From NCBI GenBank assembly GCA_001600695.1, contig BCKQ01000008.1, positions 161,781-225,780 on the forward strand: a stretch of DNA of 64,000 nt, read 5' to 3'. The translations under genes and the position numbers were made by a program. Positions 56,648-64,000 of the stretch are shown one piece after another. A model generated the notes under the pieces. The model saw only the letters and a list, made by a program, of their open reading frames with translations, was not told the DNA's origin and made no database searches. Origin of the DNA: Ascoidea asiatica JCM 7603. Its lineage: Eukaryota; Fungi; Ascomycota. Position 1 is the stretch's first letter; the number at the start of each line of letters is the position of its first letter.

Positions 56648-59600
56648 GAATATGATGATTTTATTGAAAAAGATAGTCTATTAAATAATGATATTAAATT
56701 ACAAAACTTATCTTATTCAAATAATGATAATAATACAACCAATAATCAAAAATTTGATTTAAATGCTGATAATTCTTATAACTCTTATAATATAAATAAT
56801 TCTATACAGAATGATATACTGAATGATATAAACAATAATAATAATAAAAACATAAGTAATACAGACAATGATAATAATATAGATATCGATAATGATATTG
56901 ATAATGATAACATAAATGATAATACAAATTTATTAACTAAAAATTTATCTGATTTAAAATCAATTAAATCAAATTATAAACCAAATCATGTAATTTATGA
57001 AACAAAAAAAATTAAAACTGAAAAACAAAAAGAAACAACTTTTGTAACAATTTGGGAAATTTATTGTACAATAATTTCATTTTGGGCTCCATCTTTTTTA
57101 TTAAAAACTATTGGTAAAATGCCAAAAAAAGAAAGACAATTTGCTTGGAGAGAAAAAATTGGTTTAATTTCTATAATAATTTATTGTGGTTTATTTATAG
57201 CTTTTTTAACTTTTGGTTTTACAAAAATTGTTTGTGGTCCAGCAGAAACAACAATTCAAAATTCAAAAATTTCTTCGGGTTTTTTAATTATTCATGGTAT
57301 TGCTTATGATTTAACTAGTTCAAAACATCCAATTGCTCAAGGTATTACAAGTGGTGCTAATGTACTTTATCCTCCAATTGGTGCTGCTGGTCTTGATGCT
57401 TCTTTTCTTTTTCAAAATGTTAATGGTAATTGTAAAGGACTTTTAACTCCAAAAGATGATTCAATTGAAATTCCTCATGATATTGATACAAAAGAATTAG
57501 CTTGGTATTTTCCTTGTAAACTTTATGATCCTGATGGCTCAACTTCTCCAAATTTTACTGATCCTGATTATTATTATGGTTATTCTTGTCATACTTCTGA
57601 TACTGCAAGAAAAGCTTATTATAGTTTAGATAAAACTGCAAAAATTTTTTTTACTTGGGATGATATTAATAATTCTTCAAGAAATTTAGTTGTTTATAAT
57701 GGTGATGTACTTGATTTAAATTTATTAAATTGGTTAATTAATGATCAAATTGATTATCCTGATTATTTTGATATTTTAGCTTCTGATAATACCTTATATG
57801 GTAAAGATATTTCTTTAATGTTAGCAACTCCAACTGAAAGAAAAATTGGTAAATGTTTACAAGAAATTATTAAAGTTGGTACAATTGATTCTAAATCTGT
57901 TGGTTGTATAGCTTCTGATGTTGTTTTATATACTTCTTTAGTTTTTATATTATCTGTTGTTTTTGCTCAATTTTTTATTGCTTGTTATTTTAGATGGTTT
58001 GTTGCTCCAAATCAAGGTGCAACAAAAGATACGGTATCTGCAATGAATGAAAGAGCTCAAGCAATTGAAAATTGGTCTGGTAATTCAAATATTCAAGGTC
58101 CAATTAAATCAATCAAACCTGAATTAAGATCAAATTTTAAATCAAAAAAAATTTCAAAAAGTGATAAAAAAAAATCTTCAAGATTATCTTCTTTAGGTTT
58201 AAATGAAAATTTAGATTTAAATGATCCAAATATTTTAACTTTAAATGGTATGACAACAATGTCAATTCAAAAAGCAAATAAAGATATTAAAGATGCTAAA
58301 AAACGTTTAATTTCTCCAAATAATAATACCAATAATAATACTACTTCAATATATATGAGATCAAATTATACTCAATCAATTTTAAATCCATTCGATTCTG
58401 GTTTTATTGATAATGAAATTATTAATTCACTTTCACCTGATTTACTTTTACCTGGTGTTATACCTCAACCAAAAGTTCAAGATCAAGCTCCATTTGGTTA
58501 TCCTGTTGCTCATACAATTTGTCTTGTAACTTGTTATTCTGAAGATGAAGAAGGGCTAAGAACAACTTTAGATTCTTTATCAACAACTGATTATCCAAAT
58601 TCTCATAAATTATTATTAGTTGTTTGTGATGGAATTATTAAAGGTTCTGGTAATGATGAAACAACTCCAGATATTGCTCTTTCTATGATGCAAGATTTTG
58701 CTGTTGATAAAGATGAAGTTCAACCTTTTTCATATGTTGCCGTTGCTCAAGGTGGTAAAAGACATAATATGGCTAAAGTTTATGCAGGTTTTTATAAATA
58801 CGATAATAATACCGTACCTGAAGATAAGCAACAAAGAGTTCCAATGCTTTGTATCGTTAAATGTGGTACCGAAGCTGAAGCTGGTGCTTCAAAACCTGGT
58901 AATAGAGGTAAAAGAGATTCTCAAATTATTTTAATGTCTTTTTTACAAAAAGTTACATTTAATGAAAGAATGACTGAATTAGAATTTGATATGTTATTGA
59001 ATATTTATAGAATTACAGGTTTAATGGCAGATATGTATGAAATTGTTCTTATGGTTGATGCTGATACTAAAGTTTATCCAGATTCTTTAACTCATATGAT
59101 TGCAGCTATGGTTAAAGATACAGAAGTTATGGGTTTATGTGGTGAAACTAAAATTTCTAATAAAGGTGATTCTTTTACAACGTCAATTCAAGTTTTCGAA
59201 TATTTTATATCACATCATCAAGCAAAAGCTTTTGAATCAGTTTTTGGAAGTGTTACTTGTTTACCAGGTTGTTTTTGTATGTATCGTATTAAAACTCCAA
59301 AAGGTCCAAATGGATATTGGATTCCAATTTTAGCTAATCCTGATATTGTTGAGAGATATTCAGATAATGATATTTCAACTCTTCACAGAAAAAATTTATT
59401 ATTATTAGGTGAAGATAGATATTTAACAACTTTAATGTTAAGAACATTTCCAAAAAGAAAACAAATTTTTATTCCGAAAGCTGCTTGTAAAACTATTGTT
59501 CCTGATAAATTCAAAGTTTTATTATCTCAACGTCGTCGTTGGATTAATTCAACTGTTCATAATTTAATGGAATTGGTTTTAGTTAAAGATTTATGTGGTA

Positions 59601-60127
59601 CATTTTGTTTTTCAATGCAATTTGTTATCGGTATTAATTTATTAGGAACTTTAACCTTACCTGCAGCTATTGTTTTTACAATTTATGTTCTTATTTATGC
59701 AATTTTCACAAAGCCAACACCAATTATGTCATTAGTTTTATTAGGAGTTATTTTAGGATTACCTGCATTATTAATTGTATTTACAGTCTCAAGTTTTTCT
59801 TATCTTTATTGGATGATTGTATATCTTTTTGCTTTGCCTATATGGAATTTTGTTTTACCTGTTTATGCATTTTGGAAATTTGATGATTTTAGTTGGGGTG
59901 ATACAAGAAAAGTTACAGGAGAAGTTAAAGGTGAAGGTCATGAAGCTGAGGATGATGAATTTGATGCTTCTCATATTGTAATGAAACGTTGGACTGATTT
60001 CGAAAGAGATAGAAGAAGTGCAAACACAAACGTTATAGATAATGCTTGGAATCCAAGTGCGGATGATTCTAATAAATTAGTTGATATGTCTGCTTCCAAT
60101 TTGAATATACCAGGTGGTGATTATTAA
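56399..60127 (+). CDS. CHS3: Class IV chitin synthase
   Basis: AWREKIGL, DASFLFQNVNGNC, TCYSEDEEGLRTTLDSL, KPGNRGKRDSQ, MVDADT, LGEDRYL, QRRRW, DDFSWGDTR. Confidence 0.97.
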
Positions 60128-61866
60128 TTGATCACTTTTTTGATTACTATTCATCAATTTTTTATAGTAAATATTAACTCTCAATTTTGCATAATTTATA
60201 TTGAAATAATAACTTAAAACACATATTATAGAAAAAGTTCTAGACTATGTAGGATCAACAAAATTATAGTTTTTTTTTCAATTAAAACGACGTCAAAAAC
60301 CTGAATCAATCACTTAAGTTAAACTTTTTGTTTCAAATTGAATTAGAATCCAGTCAGATTTTACTCTTTATATTAGTTTGCAATGTTTTTAAATCTTGAA
60401 GATATTTCCACTTGATCTCCAATTGTCTAATCAATCTACAAATTTTTTTTATTTTTTTTCTTTACGATTTCAGCCTCCAAAACAAATATTCTGGTTTCAA
60501 TATTCAATTCTGTACCACTCTGTAGCGAATGAATTCAAGTGTATTTTGATTATCATTTTTTTGCTTTTTGATATAGGAGAACAACACCAATAATTTCAGA
60601 TAAGCTTTTATTCAAACAGTAATTGAATTCAGTATCCAGTAGGATGGATTATCAGTAAGACAAACCTATGTAAGAACCACACGAAACCAAAGAAACTATC
60701 TTACTTCTTTATAATGAAAAGCTTGATTAAAACATATATGTATTCGAATAAATGAGAAATAAATAGTTGAAAAAGAAATTACAGTTGATATTACCTAGGT
60801 TAATCGCGAATTATATATTTGAGTTGAGAATCGGATTCGGAATAATTATTGTACTTTGTTTGATGTCCAATTCTCTCCAATGACGTGAATACTTTTATTT
60901 ATTGTTTTCTTCCATTTGCCTGACATTCTAAGATACTTTTTAAAAATAGTAACTTTTCATTTCTCTTAAATTTCCAATGCACCTAAGCTTAAGCCCATTT
61001 TTTTAGAAAATTTGTTAAAAGCTGTTGAAAGCTGCTGAATTTCGTTGATCGTGTAAAAGTATGAATTTAGAATTCAACTCTCCAAATTGGGAGCTGTTGG
61101 TGATTTTTACGGTTTTCCCTCAACAAAAGCTGGAAAGTATCTTCAAGAACAACTCATTTGAAGGAGATATCAAATGTTAGTTTTTAAAAATAGGATGGTG
61201 TGATTTTCTTCGTTATATTTCTTGAAAAGATGGACAGTTTTAAAGATGAATTTGATAAATCAACTTTGTTAGTGAATAGGACCCTCTAAATTTTATCGAG
61301 CTTTGAAGTCATCAGATAAGCATTTAAGGTCCCTATTTATCGTACAACACTTTTTATAACAAACTATACAAAGATATTTCCCAAAAAGATTATCATTTAC
61401 TCTTTTTGCAAATGATCACCTAAAAATCCTTTAGTAATAGTGTGAAAACTAGGAGTACTCAATAATAATGTTCAACTGATTATTGGAAGCTTAACTGGTA
61501 ACCTAAAAGGCAAAACCTCATCATTATAGATAAAATATTACTCTAACAATGTAAATATTTTTATTAAAATCACAAAATGCGTTATTAAACATATTTTAAT
61601 TCTTTATAATAAATTCAAATAGTATATAAAGATCAAGTATTTCTAAATTTATTCCTTGATTTAAAGATCAGTAATTTCTTAATTTGAATCAAATTAAATT
61701 ATATTAAAATCAATTCACTTATTTTAAACTAGTCATTCCTTTACTTTTTCTAAATCAGCCCCCAAAACTATTCCCTAATTTATTATCAAATACATACTTT
61801 TCCCTTTCAGATTTAACTTCTGATTAAATTAATTAAATTTTCAAGAAATAATATTCGAAAACCACA

Positions 61867-63798
61867 ATGCCAATTGCTTCATCAATAGAGTCTTTTCGCG
61901 GAACTTTCAAAACAAGCACAGCTACAAATACAACAACAACTACTACTACAACTTCAACTTCAACTCCCGAAGCACCAACACCTTCATTATACAGTCCCAA
62001 TGATAAAGTTGGATACTTGATATTTGCATTATCAATCATTGATCCTATTCTTTTATCAATTTTAAGAACAAATTATTTTAAAAAAAATTTCAAAAACAAT
62101 AAATCATTTTCATCTAAAATCCTTAAATTTTTATCAAATCCAGCATGGTACATTAGAGCCTTAATTTGGCTTGTTATAATTACCATAATCTCATTTTATG
62201 ATTATACCGAAGAAATTTATTACACAATGGTTAAAAGAACCGGAAAATTAGCTTGGGCATTATTTCCATTTAATATATTTTTAGCTTTAAAACCAAATCC
62301 ATTACCAAATATTTTTTATTTAGAAATTGTATCATTTCATAAATGGTTATCTAGAATTATTATTGTTTATTCTTTAATTCATAGTTTTGGATATGCAATT
62401 GTTTGGATTCAAGATGGAACATTAATTGGAAGATTAACATATATGTCAAATCATTTTGGTGGATGGCTATTTGTACTTTATACTATCCTCTTTTTCTTAT
62501 CAATAAAAATAATTAGAAGAAAGTTTTATAATGTTTTTTACTTTTTGCATATTGTTGTTGTTTATTTATCCATTTTTTTTGTTCCATATCATGCTACTGC
62601 TGGAGCAACAGTTTTTGATTTATACTCAGTTTTATCAATTATTATTATAAGTTTAGGTTTTTTTTATAAATATATTATTTCATGTGATACGAGGGTGAAT
62701 TCAATTAGAAATCAAGATTCTAATTTGATTGTTGTTAAAGTTCCAAGATCTTGTTTTAAAGGATATATTATTCCAGGATCACATTTAAGAATTGCAAAAA
62801 ATTATAGAAAAAATTTATTATATTTATTTTTTTTACCATCTCATCCATTTACAATTGCAAAAGTAGGTTCACATTTTGTAAATTGTATAATTTCAAAACC
62901 TAACAGGTTCACAATTAGTGAAGATGAACATTATTCAATAACAGGAACTTTTCCATCTTTACCTTTGAAATTTTTTGATAATGTTAAAGATATAGTTGTT
63001 GTTTGTGGAGGATCTGGAATTTCATTTGGGCTATCGCTTCATAAAGAACTAATTGCAAAACTGTTTAGAGGGGAATGCCGTTTTAAAATAGTTTGGATAA
63101 CTAAAAATGAGAAAGATTTATTCATTTTGAAAAAACTAGGATATGATAATCTAAATTTATTAAATTTTGATATTTATGTTACTTCAAAAAAACAAAATTC
63201 CAACACTAAAAATAGAAGTGGTGAAAATTATCTAAATGATAAAAATCATAGAAATTATATAAATGATACAAATAATGACACAAATGATGCAACTAACACA
63301 AATGGTACAGTTGATATAATTAATGAATATGATAGAAACAATTTCGAACATTATCAAAAAACAAGATATTCAAATTCCTTTGAGGAAGTTCAAATAAATG
63401 ATGAAGATAATTATCCAAATAATATGAACATTTCAGATAAACATGGAAAAATTATTGAAAATCCATTTATGTCTCCTAAGATGGAACATCAATATATGAG
63501 AAGCGATGGAACTAATAACTCAAATGAAAAGAATTTGTTTAGTAGTCATGAAATAAATATATCATCAATGAGTAATGAAAGTGTTAGTAGTTTTGATGAA
63601 AAAAACTCCTTATTCAATATAAATTATTCAAGGCCCAATTTAGAATTATTGTTCCAACCATTATTACAAAATTATGGAAATGACAATAATTCAGGAAAAT
63701 GGATAATTTCTTGTGGGCCTGAAAGATTAATTAATGAAAGTAAAGCATGGGCCACCAAGAATAATATTGATTTTTTTTCAGAAAAATTCAATATGTGA
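61867..63798 (+). CDS. AIM14: Ferric-reductase-like NADPH oxidase Aim14/Yno1
   Basis: KRTGKL..LKPNPLP..YL...HKWLSR, two H-x13-H heme pairs, FAD motif SHPFTIA, NADPH motif VCGGSGISF, C-terminal SCGP. Confidence 0.82.
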   Translation: MPIASSIESFRGTFKTSTATNTTTTTTTTSTSTPEAPTPSLYSPNDKVGYLIFALSIIDPILLSILRTNYFKKNFKNNKSFSSKILKFLSNPAWYIRALIWLVIITIISFYDYTEEIYYTMVKRTGKLAWALFPFNIFLALKPNPLPNIFYLEIVSFHKWLSRIIIVYSLIHSFGYAIVWIQDGTLIGRLTYMSNHFGGWLFVLYTILFFLSIKIIRRKFYNVFYFLHIVVVYLSIFFVPYHATAGATVFDLYSVLSIIIISLGFFYKYIISCDTRVNSIRNQDSNLIVVKVPRSCFKGYIIPGSHLRIAKNYRKNLLYLFFLPSHPFTIAKVGSHFVNCIISKPNRFTISEDEHYSITGTFPSLPLKFFDNVKDIVVVCGGSGISFGLSLHKELIAKLFRGECRFKIVWITKNEKDLFILKKLGYDNLNLLNFDIYVTSKKQNSNTKNRSGENYLNDKNHRNYINDTNNDTNDATNTNGTVDIINEYDRNNFEHYQKTRYSNSFEEVQINDEDNYPNNMNISDKHGKIIENPFMSPKMEHQYMRSDGTNNSNEKNLFSSHEINISSMSNESVSSFDEKNSLFNINYSRPNLELLFQPLLQNYGNDNNSGKWIISCGPERLINESKAWATKNNIDFFSEKFNM

Positions 63799-64000
63799 TT
63801 GAATTTTGACATATCTATAAATAATGAAATTAGATTCCACAATAAAAATACCTATTTGCAACATGACTTTCTTTTACCTTGTTTTCGACTTTCTTCTACA
63901 ATTTCCCTTTTAATATTCCTTGAATAGCTTTACATTCTTTTTGCTTTCTTTCTCTACTTCTACTTCTTTTAGGTAAAAGTTACTAACTAATATTCTTTAA

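Noticed and set aside
4639-59333. Many short ORFs overlapping the large genes (e.g. 8917-9351, 33314-33634, 43074-43454, 45615-46037, 48806-49165)
   Set aside because: They are antisense or out-of-frame shadows of real CDSs and microsatellites (poly-Tyr/Ile/Leu), with no independent family signal.
63981-63987. TACTAAC at the window end (also isolated copies at 22204 and AACTAAC at 24422)
   Set aside because: No matching donor plus coding exon can be assembled within the window.

Overview
This is a very AT-rich, gene-dense stretch of a budding-yeast (Saccharomycotina) chromosome. The single ACE2/SWI5 gene suggests a lineage without the whole-genome duplication. The extreme poly-Asn expansions and rare CTG codons resemble Ascoidea-like yeasts, but that assignment is inference only. 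Recognisable genes, in order: 3' end of YOR1, PBR1, TIF6, VPS13, RAV2, IPI3, a secreted Pga29/30/31-like wall protein, tRNA-Ala(AGC), ACE2, STT4, KGD2, USB1, NCE102, CTR9, a divergent SKP1-like gene, PHB1, TFG2, a spliced RPL38 that the ORF track misses, CHS3 and AIM14/YNO1. The most notable observations are: (1) the tRNA-Ala(AGC) encodes G37 instead of the A37 that is normally edited by Tad1; (2) short GC-rich promoter islands are flanked by kilobases of near-pure A/T sequence that fades along the adjacent genes; (3) a regularly spaced array of alternating-orientation TGGTCT/AGACCA sites lies between SKP1-like and PHB1; (4) in-frame CTG codons give a mixed Ser/Leu signal; (5) a 6.6-kb gene desert between the tRNA and ACE2 holds a candidate solo LTR and two decayed coding-like relics. 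No complete transposon or CRISPR array was seen.
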